DNA of 64,000 nt from Macrostomum lignano (lineage: Eukaryota), in assembly GCA_002269645.1 (NCBI GenBank), contig NIVC01000393.1, positions 310,001 to 374,000 of the forward strand, given 5' to 3'. Below the pieces are notes generated by a model. The model saw only the letters and a program-made list of their open reading frames with translations, made no database searches and was not told the origin of the DNA. Below, piece after piece: positions 12,232 through 25,106 of this stretch (its first letter is position 1; each line of letters opens with the position of its first letter). A program made the position numbers and the translations under genes.

Positions 12232-13289
12232 AAAAAGGTGCAAGAACAGGCTCTGTCTATTTTCTAAGCGCTAAACTAGCCTTCTAGATATGAGCATATG
12301 AGCAGCCTTAGGGGCAGTGCGCTAGGATCTGAGAAACAAGATGTATTTCTACAAAAACTATGCTTTGCTTCAACAGAAACCAAACAGAATATCCTAAAGC
12401 AAATATTGCTTTCAATATCTTTCAGCCTACGAAGACGGAGATAGCGACAAACCAGAATGATCTTATCATAGCTTGCAAGGCGCCCCAGAGCCAGGACTTA
12501 GCAGCAGTTCTTCCCCAATCCACTAAAATTTGTTACAAAACTGTCTGTTCAATGAAGCCGAAGTGGCTCAAAGCCCTGCATCCAGGTCGCCAAAAATAAT
12601 CCTTATTGGTAATCTCTTACCGGGTTCAGCTCTTCCCTGCGACATCCGCAGAAACTGTTTCACGTACTTTTAACGGAGTGCGGGCTGGCTACAAAACATG
12701 AGAGTAGTCTCCACACCCGCTATAAGGACACCCGCACCAGAGCATGGAAGGCCAACCGGTTGCTCTTGCAAATTGTGATTTACAAAAATCCCGTGCTATA
12801 TAATTTCTAGGAAATGGAAAATCTACCTGCTTTGATCCGGCTGCTCAGTTCTTTAATTGAAAAGCAAAACTGACAGACTCGATAACTAATAGTAGGACAG
12901 GTCGAACTCTGCATTGTTGAAGATGGCGATAATTTCTTCTGCTTGCTGGTTTTCACTTTTTAGACTCTTGTTCTACAGTTAAAAGGAAGTATTCGATTTA
13001 CAAAAAAGGTATCAACGATTCACTTCAATTAGGCCGAGTTCGGTTCGGGTTAATTATTAGGATCACGGACACGGACTACTAGGATCACGGATAAATCTAT
13101 AGCTGTGATGATTCTGATGAAGCTGTCTGAGCCTTTTATTATTGTTACCTGTGCCTCTTCAATTCCGTTAACTCGTACAAGCGTAACTCCGAATCCTGAG
13201 CCGTCTTTCTGTGTCCACACCGAAATTCGACTAATCCAACCCTAATCCATGCATAATACACCCCCAATTCACTCCTAATCTACACCTAA

Positions 13290-13610
13290 TACGCGCCTAA
13301 TCAACCGTAATCCACCCTTAATCCACCTCTAATCCACCCCTAATCCACCCTAATTCATCCCTAATCCACCCCTAATCCACCCCTAATTTACCTCTAATCC
13401 AACCCTAAACCACCTCTAATTAACCCCTAATCCAACCATAATCCACCTCTCCACCCCTAATTAATCCCTAATCATCCCCTAATCCACCTCTAATTCACCC
13501 ATTATTCACCACTAATCCATCCCTAATCCGCCCCTAATCAACCCGTAATCCTACCTAAACCACCTCTACGACGTAATGCACCCCTAAATCACCCTAATCC
13601 ACCCAAATCT
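13290..13610. repeat. Degenerate 10-11-bp telomere-like repeat (CCACCCCTAAT)n; G-rich on the minus strand
   Basis: Repeated CTAATCCACC / CCCTAAT units. Confidence 0.75.
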
Positions 13611-14110
13611 CCTTTAAGCCATCTGAGCATCTGCAGGAGACAACAAAACAAGCTTCTAGTCCAGTCGTGAGTTTCTTTTGATTGACAGCTAGTGTTTAAA
13701 GAAAAGGCGAACCAACAGCAGCAGACGATATGTAAAAGTACAGAGTGAAATTTGATTTAATATCCGACGGCGCCGTCTAAACTCTGCTCTGCCCAGGAAA
13801 AAAGAAAAAGTTCGATCCAAAAAGACGAGTTCGCGTCTCTCACGAAACTGAGGATTAAGTGCACCGGGTGCTGTTTAACATGCTGGGTTAATTTTAGACG
13901 CAGTGCCTCTGAGTTTGATTCAGCCATCAAATCCACTGGGGAGATATTCAGTTAGGATGCCTTGATAAATCATCTTTTGCTCAGGCAAGGTCTGGGAACC
14001 TTGTCGTGGTACGTTAGGTTCAAAAAGCTCCTTAATGTCGGGCAGTCATAAAAACAAAACTCTAGAAGCTCCTCGAATCCCTAAACAATTATTAAGCCCA
14101 TGAGGATATC

Positions 14111-16097
14111 AGATCTAGGATCTGGAATCTAGGATCTGGGATCTAGGATCTGGGATCTAGGATCTGGGATCTAGGATCTGGGATCTAGGATCTGGGATCT
14201 AGGATCTGGGATCTAGGATCTGGGATCTAGGATCTGGGATCTAGGATCTGGGATCTAGGATCTGGGATCTAGGATCTGGGATCTAGGATCTGGGATCTAG
14301 GATCTGGGATCTAGGATCTGGGATCTAGGATCTGGGATCTAGGATCTGGGATCTAGGATCTGGGATCTAGGATCTGGGATCTAGGATCTGGGATCTAGGA
14401 TCTGGGATCTAGGATCTGGGATCTAGGATCTGGGATCTAGGATCTGGGATCTAGGATCTGGGATCTAGGATCTGGGATCTAGGATCTGGGATCTAGGATC
14501 TGGGATCTAGGATCTGGGATCTAGGATCTGGGATCTAGGATCTGGGATCTAGGATCTGGGATCTAGGATCTGGGATCTAGGATCTGGGATCTAGGATCTG
14601 GGATCTAGGATCTGGGATCTAGGATCTGGGATCTAGGATCTGGGATCTAGGATCTGGGATCTAGGATCTGGGATCTAGGATCTGGGATCTAGGATCTGGG
14701 ATCTAGGATCTGGGATCTAGGATCTGGGATCTAGGATCTGGGATCTAGGATCTGGGATCTAGGATCTGGGATCTAGGATCTGGGATCTAGGATCTGGGAT
14801 CTAGGATCTGGGATCTAGGATCTGGGATCTAGGATCTGGGATCTAGGATCTGGGATCTAGGATCTGGGATCTAGGATCTGGGATCTAGGATCTGGGATCT
14901 AGGATCTGGGATCTAGGATCTGGGATCTAGGATCTGGGATCTAGGATCTGGGATCTAGGATCTGGGATCTAGGATCTGGGATCTAGGATCTGGGATCTAG
15001 GATCTGGGATCTAGGATCTGGGATCTAGGATCTGGGATCTAGGATCTGGGATCTAGGATCTGGGATCTAGGATCTGGGATCTAGGATCTGGGATCTAGGA
15101 TCTGGGATCTAGGATCTGGGATCTAGGATCTGGGATCTAGGATCTGGGATCTAGGATCTGGGATCTAGGATCTGGGATCTAGGATCTGGGATCTAGGATC
15201 TGGGATCTAGGATCTGGGATCTAGGATCTGGGATCTAGGATCTGGGATCTAGGATCTGGGATCTAGGATCTGGGATCTAGGATCTGGGATCTAGGATCTG
15301 GGATCTAGGATCTGGGATCTAGGATCTGGGATCTAGGATCTGGGATCTAGGATCTGGGATCTAGGATCTGGGATCTAGGATCTGGGATCTAGGATCTGGG
15401 ATCTAGGATCTGGGATCTAGGATCTGGGATCTAGGATCTGGGATCTAGGATCTGGGATCTAGGATCTGGGATCTAGGATCTGGGATCTAGGATCTGGGAT
15501 CTAGGATCTGGGATCTAGGATCTGGGATCTAGGATCTGGGATCTAGGATCTGGGATCTAGGATCTGGGATCTAGGATCTGGGATCTAGGATCTGGGATCT
15601 AGGATCTGGGATCTAGGATCTGGGATCTAGGATCTGGGATCTAGGATCTGGGATCTAGGATCTGGGATCTAGGATCTGGGATCTAGGATCTGGGATCTAG
15701 GATCTGGGATCTAGGATCTGGGATCTAGGATCTGGGATCTAGGATCTGGGATCTAGGATCTGGGATCTAGGATCTGGGATCTAGGATCTGGGATCTAGGA
15801 TCTGGGATCTAGGATCTGGGATCTAGGATCTGGGATCTAGGATCTGGGATCTAGGATCTGGGATCTAGGATCTGGGATCTAGGATCTAGGATCTGGGATC
15901 TAGGATCTAGGATCTGGGATCTAGGATCTGGGATCTAGGATCTGGGATCTAGGATCTGGGATCTAGGATCTGGGATCTAGGATCTGGGATCTAGGATCTG
16001 GGATCTAGGATCTAGGATCTGGGATCTAGGATCTGGGATCTAGGATCTGGGATCTAGGATCTGGGATCTAGGATCTAGGATCTGGGATCTAGGATCT
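14111..16097 (+). repeat. Second large (GGATCTAGGATCTG)n array, about 140 copies
   Basis: Same unit as 10381-11600; a few single-7-mer slips only near the 3' end. Confidence 0.98.
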
Positions 16098-16576
16098 ATC
16101 TGTGTAGTTGTGCACATACGACCCCGTATATTTTTTTCTGAATCTGCACTTATCCAACCACAACACGTATATGCATTGGCATCCGTCTACAGTTGGATCA
16201 CCAGTTTAAAAATTCGTACTCAAAGTTAAAAGAGTTGCATCAGCAAATCGCAAAAACCTTTCCATTTGATGAAACGTGATTAAAAGCTAAAAATGTCCTC
16301 TTTATCGACGAAATTGTCAAGAGGACTGGTGAATCAATGTACCAATAATTGGTGCTCTCGTCCTGCAGGTAAGGAACCTGAGCCATACTGTCATTTCCTG
16401 GCTAGACTGGGTCCTGAAAAATAAGTCTTTACTCCCTATGAGTGCGCGCACTTTAAAGCAGCAAAAACAGATTTCCGAGCTTGCCTGTTCTGTAATGTTT
16501 CAGTAGTGAGGAAGATGTGATATTTATCGAATGCATGTTTTTCTTTCGTACTCAGATAATTGAGGTCAATAGGAGT

Positions 16577-17713
16577 CTGCCTGTTTTAGTGTCTGTCTGC
16601 CTGTCTTAGTGTCTGTCTGCCTGTCTTAGTGTCTGTCTGCCTGTTTTAGTGTCTGCCTGTCTCAGTGTCTGTCTGCCTGTTTTAGTGCATGCCTGTCTTA
16701 GTGTCTGTCTGCCTGTTTTAGTGTCTTAGTGTCTGTCTGCCTGTTTTAGTGCATGCCTGTCTTAGTGTCTGTCTGCCTGTTTTAGTGTCTGTCTGCCTGT
16801 TTTAGTGCATACCTGTCTTAGTGTCTGTCTGCCTGTCTTAGTGTCTGTCTGCCTGTTTTAGTGTCTGCCTGTCTCAGTGTCTGTCTGCCTGTTTTAGTGC
16901 ATGCCTGTCTCAGTGTCTGTCTGCCTGTTTTAGTGCATGCCTGTCTTAGTGTCTGTCTGCCTGTGTTTAGTGCATGCCTGTCTTAGTGTCTGTCTGCCTG
17001 TTTTAGTGCATGCCTGTCTTAGTGTCTGTCTGCCTGTTTTAGTGCATGCCTGTCTTAGTGTCTGTCTGCCTGTGTTTAGTGCATGCCTGTCTTAGTGTCT
17101 GTCTGCCTGTTTTAGTGCATGCCTGTCTTAGTGTCTGTCTGCCTGTTTTAGTGCATGCCTGTCTCAGTGTCTGTCTGCCTGTGTTTAGTGCATGCCTGTC
17201 TCAGTGTCTGTCTGCCTGTTTTAGAGCGTGCCTGTCTCAGTGTCTGTCTGCCTGTTTTAGTGCATGCCTGTCTCAGTGTCTGTCTGCCTGTTTTAGTGCA
17301 TGCCTGTCTTAGTGTCTGTCTGCCTGTGTTTAGTGCATGCCTGTCTTAGTGTCTGTCTGCCTGTTTTAGTGCATGCCTGTCTTAGTGTCTGTCTGCCTGT
17401 TTTAGTGCATGCCTGTCTTAGTGTCTGTCTGCCTGTGTTTAGTGCATGCCTGTCTTAGTGTCTGTCTGCCTGTTTTAGTGCATGCCTGTCTTAGTGTCTG
17501 TCTGCCTGTGTTTAGTGCATGCCTGTCTTAGTGTCTGTCTGCCTGTTTTAGTGCATGCCTGTCTTAGTGTCTGTCTGCCTGTTTTAGTGCATGCCTGTCT
17601 CAGTGTCTGTCTGCCTGTGTTTAGTGCATGCCTGTCTCAGTGTCTGTCTGCCTGTTTTAGAGCGTGCCTGTCTCAGTGTCTGTCTGCCTGTTTTAGTGCA
17701 TGCCTGTCTCAGT
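16577..17713. repeat. About 36-bp minisatellite GTCTTAGTGTCTGTCTGCCTGTTTTAGTGCATGCCT, about 31 copies
   Basis: Direct tandem periodicity. Confidence 0.93.
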
Positions 17714-17993
17714 GGGCCGTATGCAGAAAGCTTAGTCCAGACTAGCTAGTCCGGACTGGGTAGTTCTGTCTATGGTCTTAAAATCGGTATGCACAAAAGC
17801 TAGTGGCGACTATCGAGATTCGTCTAGGCTAGACTAGTTTAAGCTAGACAGAGCGCCCAACTTTAGCGCTTAGTTTTAATGATTTTTTTAGTTCTATGGC
17901 CCAAACCCCTGTAAATGCTTTCTGTTTATATACTGGGTCGCTAACTTAACCGTTCCTATACTGGTTCTCTGTGCATATGCTTATACTTCTGAA

Positions 17994-18407
17994 ATGTCAG
18001 CGACAACAGACTACGAAACAGTTCTTCTTGACATTCTACAAAGACATTCGGCTTCAATTTTGTCGAAGGGCCAAACGCCTGCATGCAGGCGAAGAAGGGC
18101 AAACGCTTGGGAAGACGTAACATCTCAAGTAAACGACCACTTCAAGACCAATTACATGGTCGACCAGGTGCAGAAAAAATGGAAAAACATCTTGCAACGA
18201 GTTAAGGAAAAAACTACGAAGAAGACTGGAGGCGGGCCAGCTTCAAAAATGTCCTCTAATGACTTCAAGGTGTTGGAGGTAATTGGTGAGGAAGATCATC
18301 ATGAGGATCGTTCTGGGTGCGAGCGAAATTGTGTAGCGTACAACAGGTCACAATTAATGTTGGTACACGGCCTAGTGGTACGCGTAGGATGCTACCAACG
18401 CAGTTGA
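17994..18407 (+). CDS. Harbinger Myb/SANT-like DNA-binding protein (probably C-terminally truncated)
   Basis: ANAWEDVTSQVN...QVQKKWKNILQRVKEK...KTGGGP is the typical MSANTD/trihelix signature. Confidence 0.85.
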   Translation: MSATTDYETVLLDILQRHSASILSKGQTPACRRRRANAWEDVTSQVNDHFKTNYMVDQVQKKWKNILQRVKEKTTKKTGGGPASKMSSNDFKVLEVIGEEDHHEDRSGCERNCVAYNRSQLMLVHGLVVRVGCYQRS

Positions 18408-19215
18408 AACGGCGCTTTAAAATTCCGAATGTCTGCTCGATTCGAACTCTCGCTCGGCTGAGTTCGCGATTGAATATTCTCTGCCGGCCATCTGGGTTTT
18501 AATATGGAGTGAGTAGAAAATCGCAGAGTCGGTATCCAGAATCTCCGACAAGATAGCCCTCCCATTGGACGTCTAGAAGCGATCCAAAAAGAAAACTGTT
18601 GCGAAATATTCTCGAGTCATGGACTGAACCAGGCCATTGAGCAGTTATTTCGAGAAAGAAGTATCTCGCATCGCAGACTGCTTGGACGTTAATAGAGTGG
18701 TAGTTTTTACGATTAATGAATTCATCTGGAAAGTTCTCATTAGATGGCCTTTGAATTCGTACATGCGTACAGTCGATAGCACCGATTACATCTGCCAGTT
18801 GACCAATTTGATTAAACCCCGTTGACACTCGCGTCCGCTCAACACCTGGCTCTGGATAGCGGATGTTATTCAAGCGGAGATTCAGTATCCTGACCACTCC
18901 CCAGTAGCAGCGGGACATGGTGCTTTGGTCGATACCTCCAAGAGCAGACAGGTTCTGCTGAAAGCTTCCAGTGCCGAGATAAGAGAGTGTCAGGCACAGC
19001 TGTAGCATGGGAGTCAGGCTTCTGTTACGCATTGTCGTCCGTTCGAGATCTGTCTCGACAAGCTCCACAAGTGATAGAAGTGATCTAGGTTTGAACCGAA
19101 ACAGTCTTTTAATTTCAACCTCCGAGAATTGTTGAAGTGGCTCCAAACGATCACGAAATATGCGTTGTCGATGGAGGTCTCGCTGAACTAAATCTATCGC
19201 AACCAAAATATTCAT
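18265..19215 (-). pseudogene. HARBI1-like DDE transposase with one in-frame premature stop (TAA at 18501-18499)
   Basis: GAIDCTHV, NRKNYHSINVQAVCD, WPGSVHDSRIF and GDSGY motifs. Beyond the stop the same frame continues NPDGRQRIFNRELSRARVRIEQTFGILKRRF...CCTLHNF to TGA at 18267-18265. Confidence 0.92.
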
Positions 19216-19484
19216 TTCTTTCAATCGTCTAAGGGCGAAGGCAATGCAACACTAGCTATCAAGACAGCTCTAGAGCAGGTTAGGTTTTGTCTAGTCCAGA
19301 CTAACTAGTCAAAGCTTTTATGCATACCAAAGTAAGACTAAACTACCATAGACAGAACTAGGGTAGTTTTGTCTATGCTACACCGGTCTAAATTTGCGTT
19401 TCTGCATACCAAATCCAAGTCTAGACTAGCTTTTCAAGACCGGACTACCCTAGACAGAGCTTTCTGCATGCGGCCTATTGGGAC

Positions 19485-19875
<391 letters not shown>

Positions 19876-20201
19876 TCTGCCGGCCTCTCTAAAAATATTT
19901 GAGGGCAGCAAGGACGCCTGTTTCGCACCTGTTCAAACCGGCTCTGGCCGATTCTCACCTGGATTGCAAAGTTACCCCACATACGTTCAAATTTACAATT
20001 TTACTCAAAGAGACCAGGAAACGTTTAAAAGGCAGCTCAAAGAAACAAAATAAGAAAGCAAAATGTTTTTTCCAGACACAGGCCTCAGCAGCGGTGGAAC
20101 AAACAGCTCTTAGTGCTGTAACCTGATTGATACCTAGGGGAGTGGTGAATTTGCCTAATTGCATTGGTAGCCATGGGTGTATTCTTTCACTGAAGTAAAC
20201 A

Positions 20202-20288
20202 AAGAAGAGGTTGCTGAAGAGGAGCAACCTCTTCTTTTTAGATTTTGAGCAACCTCTTTCACTGAAGAGGTTGCTCAAAATCTAAAAA
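20202..20288. repeat. Two overlapping perfect hairpins sharing AGAGGTTGCT
   Basis: 14-bp arms at 20202-20236; 24-bp perfect arms at 20235-20258 and 20265-20288 with a 6-nt loop. Confidence 0.85.
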
Positions 20289-20324
20289 TAATCTCCCTCC
20301 TATCTACTTTGAACTTTACTCTCC

Positions 20325-20750
20325 CTTTTCTCCTCTCCTCTCGTCTCACTTCTCTCTCCTCTCCTCTCTCCTCTCCTCTCGTCTCACTTCTCTCTCCTCT
20401 CCTCTCGTCTCACTTCTCTCTCCTCTCCTCTCGTCTCACTTCTCTCTCCTCTCCTCTCGTCTCACTTCTCTCTCCTCTCCTCTCTCCTCTCCTCTCGTCT
20501 CACTTCTCTCTCCTCTCCTCTCGTCTCACTTCTCTCTCCTCTCCTCTCGTCTCACTTCTCTCTCCTCTCCTCTCGGCTCACTTCTCTCTCCTCTCCTCTC
20601 GGCTCACTTCTCTCTCCTCTCCTCTCGGCTCACTTCTCTCTCCTCTCCTCTCGTCTCACTTCTCTCTCCCCCTCTCCCCCTGCCTTCTCTTCTCTCCCCC
20701 TCTCCTCTCTCCCTCTCTTCCACTCTCCTCTTTCCGCTCCTCTCTCTAAT
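20325..20750. repeat. CT-rich about 26-bp minisatellite CTCCTCTCGTCTCACTTCTCTCTCCT
   Basis: Direct reading. Confidence 0.9.
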
Positions 20751-21261
20751 CTCATTCTCCTCTATCCTCTCTCCTCTCTGCTTCTCAGAGAGCATTTCTA
20801 CTTTCCTTCCCCATTCTCTGCCTGTCTGTCCTGTGCCTCTCTCCCCTAATCGCGTGGATGTGGTAGCCTGCAGGCTATTACAGGTATTAATTTAATATTC
20901 GGAAATGCACAACTTAAGACCCTCAATCAACCGAGTGAGTCTTTCATGCGTGCAGGCCTCGATCTGGAGATCATTCAGCCGACAATGAGCAGATGGCGAA
21001 ATCGGAGACTCTAGCAGGAGATGTTCTCTTCTGCCTTGTCAAGCTTGAGCGAAATGGCAAGTGTTAGCTGGTTGAGTAAGTTTTCAGTTGAATGCCTCAT
21101 GAGATGAGTTCCTCATGCCAACTAAAAAGGCCTGTGTCTCAGTGCCACAAGCCATTGCTGGCTAAAGTATAAACCTTAAAAGTGTAGTGATCGAAAATGT
21201 TCCCCGAACCCAGTTTAAACGTTCGATTCTTCCCAAATTCAAAATTCTCATTTGAAAACTT

Positions 21262-22550
21262 TAAATTCCAATCACAAAGCTCCAAATTCCAATCAAAAAG
21301 CTCCAAATTCCAATCATAAAGCTCCAAATTCCAATCATAAAACTCTTCAAATTCCAATCATAAAGCTCCAAATTCCAAGCACAAAGCTCCAAATTCCAAG
21401 CACAAAGCTCCAAATTCCAATCACAAAGCTCCAAACTCCAATCACAAAGCTCTCCAAATTCCAATCACAAAGCTCTTCAAATTCCAATCACAAAGCTCCA
21501 AATTCCAATCACAAAGCTCCAAACTCCAATCACAAAGCTCTCCAAATTCCAATCAAAAAGCTCCAAATTCCAATCATAAAGCTCCAAATTCCAATCATAA
21601 AACTCTTCAAATTCCAATCATAAAGCTCCAAATTCCAAGCACAAAGCTCCAAATTCCAAGCACAAAGCTCCAAATTCCAATCACAAAGCTCCAAACTCCA
21701 ATCACAAAGCTCTCCAAATTCCAATCACAAAGCTCTTCAAATTCCAATCACAAAGCTCCAAATTCCAATCACAAAGCTCCAAACTCCAATCACAAAGCTC
21801 TCCAAATTCCAATCACAAAGCTCTTCAAATTCCAATCACTAAACTCCAAATTCCAATCACAAAACTCTTCAAATTCCAATCATAAAGCTCCAAATTCCAA
21901 TCATAAAGCTCCAAATTCCAATCATAAAGCTCCAAATTCCAATCATAAAACTCTTCAAATTCCAAGCACAAAGCTCCAAATTCCAAGCACAAAGCTCCAA
22001 ATTCCAAGCACAAAGCTCCAAATTCCAAGCACAAAGCTCCAAATTCCAAGCACAAAGCTCCAAATTCCAATCATAAAGCTCCAAATTCCAATCATAAAAC
22101 TCTTCAAATTCCAATCATAAAGCTTCAAATTCCAAGCACAAAGCTCCAAATTCCAAGCACAAAGCTCCAAATTCCAAGCACAAAGCTCCAAATTCCAAGC
22201 ACAAAGCTCCAAATTCCAATCATAAAGCTCCAAATTCCAATCATAAAACTCTTCAAATTCCAAGCACAAAGCTCCAAATTCCAAGCACAAAGCTCCAAAT
22301 TCCAAGCACAAAGCTCCAAATTCCAAGCACAAAGCTCCAAATTCCAAGCACAAAGCTCCAAATTCCAATCATAAAGCTCCAAATTCCAATCATAAAACTC
22401 TTCAAATTCCAATCATAAAGCTTCAAATTCCAAGCACAAAGCTCCAAATTCCAAGCACAAAGCTCCAAATTCCAAGCACAAAGCTCCAAATTCCAAGCAC
22501 AAAGCTCCAAATTCCAAGCACAAAGCTCCAAATTCCAAGCACAAAGCTCT
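21262..22550. repeat. 21-bp minisatellite AAATTCCAATCACAAAGCTCC with variant blocks, about 60 copies
   Basis: Direct periodicity; it explains the 7-aa-repeat ORFs. Confidence 0.95.
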
Positions 22551-23050
22551 AAAATTATCCCAAAGCTTCCTAATTCCAACTAAAACGGTTGAAGTCTTAT
22601 CCGAACTCTATAAATGCCTATCCTCAGTCCAGGTGCAAAAGGTAGTATGTACTTATCTAATTCCGCGCTCGATAAAGCGCAGTTCGGACCGAAAGAAATT
22701 CTGCTGCTTGGTAAATTAGAAACGCGTCTTCATCAGTGCTGCACAACATTTTATAGTCCAGCACAGGGACCGCAGCAGCCTTGCATGTGGTATGTCAGAC
22801 AATATTTACACAACTCCCAGTGAAAGCGAGAGGAGAGTGAACTATTATTAAACGAATGGTTCGCAGGCTGAGGCGAGCTGCTTAGTGCGTTTCAACACCA
22901 AAACACCAGGCGGCGTTAACTGAGACAAAAGTACTTTAACAGGAAACAGGCATCAAGCCTTGTGGGTCGAGAATGAAGGTGACAGTCAGATATTCTGTGG
23001 CGGCATCGTCGCTTCAAAGCAATGGGCTGGCCCCAGCTTTCCTGATCTAA

Positions 23051-23381
23051 CTCTCTGCCGGCTTAGCGACTGCTTGTGTCTCTGCCGGCTTAGCGACTGC
23101 TTGTGTCTCTGCCGGCTTAGCGACTGCTTGTGTCTCTGCCGGCTTAGCGACTGCTTGTGTCTCTGCCGGCTTAGCGACTGCTTGTGTCTCTGCCGGCTTA
23201 GCGACTGCTTGTGTCTCTGCCGGCTTAGCGACTGCTTGTGTCTCTGCCGGCTTAGCGACTGCTTGTGTCTCTGCCGGCTTAGCGACTGCTTGTGTCTCTG
23301 CCGGCTTAGCGACTGCTTGTGTCTCTGCCGGCTTAGCGACTGCTTGTGTCTCTGCCGGCTTAGCGACTGCTTGTGTCTCTG
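23051..23381. repeat. 27-bp minisatellite CTCTGCCGGCTTAGCGACTGCTTGTGT, 12 identical copies
   Basis: Direct reading. Confidence 0.97.
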
Positions 23382-23895
23382 TCTCTTCTCTGCCTCTTCT
23401 CTGCCTCTTCTCTGCCTCTTCTCTGTCTCTCCTCTGCCTCTTCTCTGCCGCTTCTCTGCCTCTTCTTTGCCTCTTCTCTGCCTCTTCTCTGCCTCTTCTC
23501 TGTCACTTCTCTCTCACTTCTCTGCCGCTTCTCTGCCTCTTCTCTGCCTTTTCTCTGTCACATCTCTGCCGCTTCTCTGCCTCTTCTCTGCCTTTTCTCT
23601 GTCTCTTCTCTGCCTCCTCTCTGCCTCTTCTCTGCCTCTTCTCTGCCACTTCTCTGCCTATTTTCTGCCTCTTCTCTGCCGCTTTTCTGCCGCTTCTCTG
23701 CCTCTTCTCTGCCGCTTCTCTGCCTTTTCTCTGTCGCTTCTCTGCCTTTTTTCTGCCTCTTCTCTGCCTATTTTCTGCCTCTTCTTTGCCTCTTTTCTGA
23801 CTCTTCTCTGCCTCTTCTCTGCCGCTTCTCTGCCTCTTCTCTGCCTCTTCTCTGTCGCTTCTCTGCCTCTTCTTTGCCGCTTCTCTGCCTCTTCA
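23382..23895. repeat. Degenerate CT-rich repeat (CTCTGCCTCTT-type units)
   Basis: Direct reading. Confidence 0.88.
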
Positions 23896-24471
23896 GCTAG
23901 TGCTAGTGCTCAAGTACGCACACGGGTACCCTGAGACCCCAGAGCGGCCCTGCTGTGCGCCCAAGTGAATCAGAGCCAGGCACTGGCAGCGAACTTGGCT
24001 GTTTCAATGAATTAAAGACAAAATGCGTGACGGGTCAGATCAGCTGAAGCAGACGCATGCTGTCACGCCATAGTCAACAACTTGAATAAATCAGTTTTCA
24101 AGATAATCTGGATAACGGACAACCCACAGGCTTAGCCTCAGCTCCTTGATCGTGAGAAGCGAAAATGAGAGCGCTAAACACAAATTCAACTCTTTGTCGC
24201 CGCTCGGATCAGACCCGTTATCTATCCAATCACGAACTTTATAATCCTTCAATTGAGCGAGAAATCTGTATTTTAATCCCCCAGGAGTGGCGTCACGCCG
24301 TCGCGAAAGGCGGGGTCTTCGAATAGGGATTTTCTAGTCACGTGGAATTATTCCAGCTTGGTCTGGGCGGGGCGGCCTGACGATTTTTGACCGCGCCCAA
24401 ACCACTCTCAACCTCTGCAAGCTTTTTGTTCTGAGTTGCTAATCACCACGGTGTGGGGGATTATGGATAGA

Positions 24472-25106
24472 ATTGGATGGGATGAGATAGGATGGGATGG
24501 GATGGGATGGGATGGGATGAGATGGGATGGGATGGGATGGAATGGGATGGGATGGGATGGGATGGAATGAAATAGGGTGGGATGGGATGAGGTGGGATGG
24601 AATGAGATGGGATGGAATGGGATGAAATAGGGTGGGATGGGATGGAATGGGATGGGATGGGATGAGATGGGATGGGATGGGATGGGATGGGATGGGATAA
24701 GATGGGATGGGATGGAATGGGATGAGATGGGATGGGATGAGATGAGATGGGATGGGATGAGATGGGATGGGATGGAATGAAATAGGGTGGGATGGGATGG
24801 GATGGGATGGGATGGGATGGGATGAGATGGGATGGGATGGGATGGGATGGGATGGGATGGGATGAGATAGGATGGGATGGGATGGGATGGGATGGGATAG
24901 GATGGGATGGGATGGGATGGAATGGGATGGGATAGGATGGGATGGGATGGGATGAGATAGGATGGGATGGGATGGGATGGGATGGGATGGGATAGGATGG
25001 GATGGGATGGGATGGAATGGGATGGGATAGGATGGGATGGGATGGGATGGAATGGGATGGGATAGGATGGGATGGGATGGGATGAGATGGGATGGAATGG
25101 GATGGG
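24472..25106. repeat. (GGATG)n pentanucleotide microsatellite
   Basis: Direct reading. Confidence 0.97.

Larger units (their letters stand above)
17715..19475. mobile_element. PIF/Harbinger DNA transposon, 1761 bp, with convergent Myb/SANT and transposase ORFs
   Basis: TIRs GGCCGTATGCAGAAAGC (17715-17731) and GCTTTCTGCATGCGGCC (19459-19475), 16/17 identical. The two-ORF architecture is diagnostic of Harbinger. No clear 3-bp TSD. Confidence 0.93.

Noticed and set aside
18499-18501. Programmed readthrough of the transposase TAA
   Set aside because: No readthrough context evident; a single point mutation or error is simpler.
23051-23381. CRISPR-like appearance of regular 21-36-bp repeats (here and elsewhere)
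   Set aside because: Units are head-to-tail with no unique spacers, no cas genes, and a eukaryotic intron-exon context.
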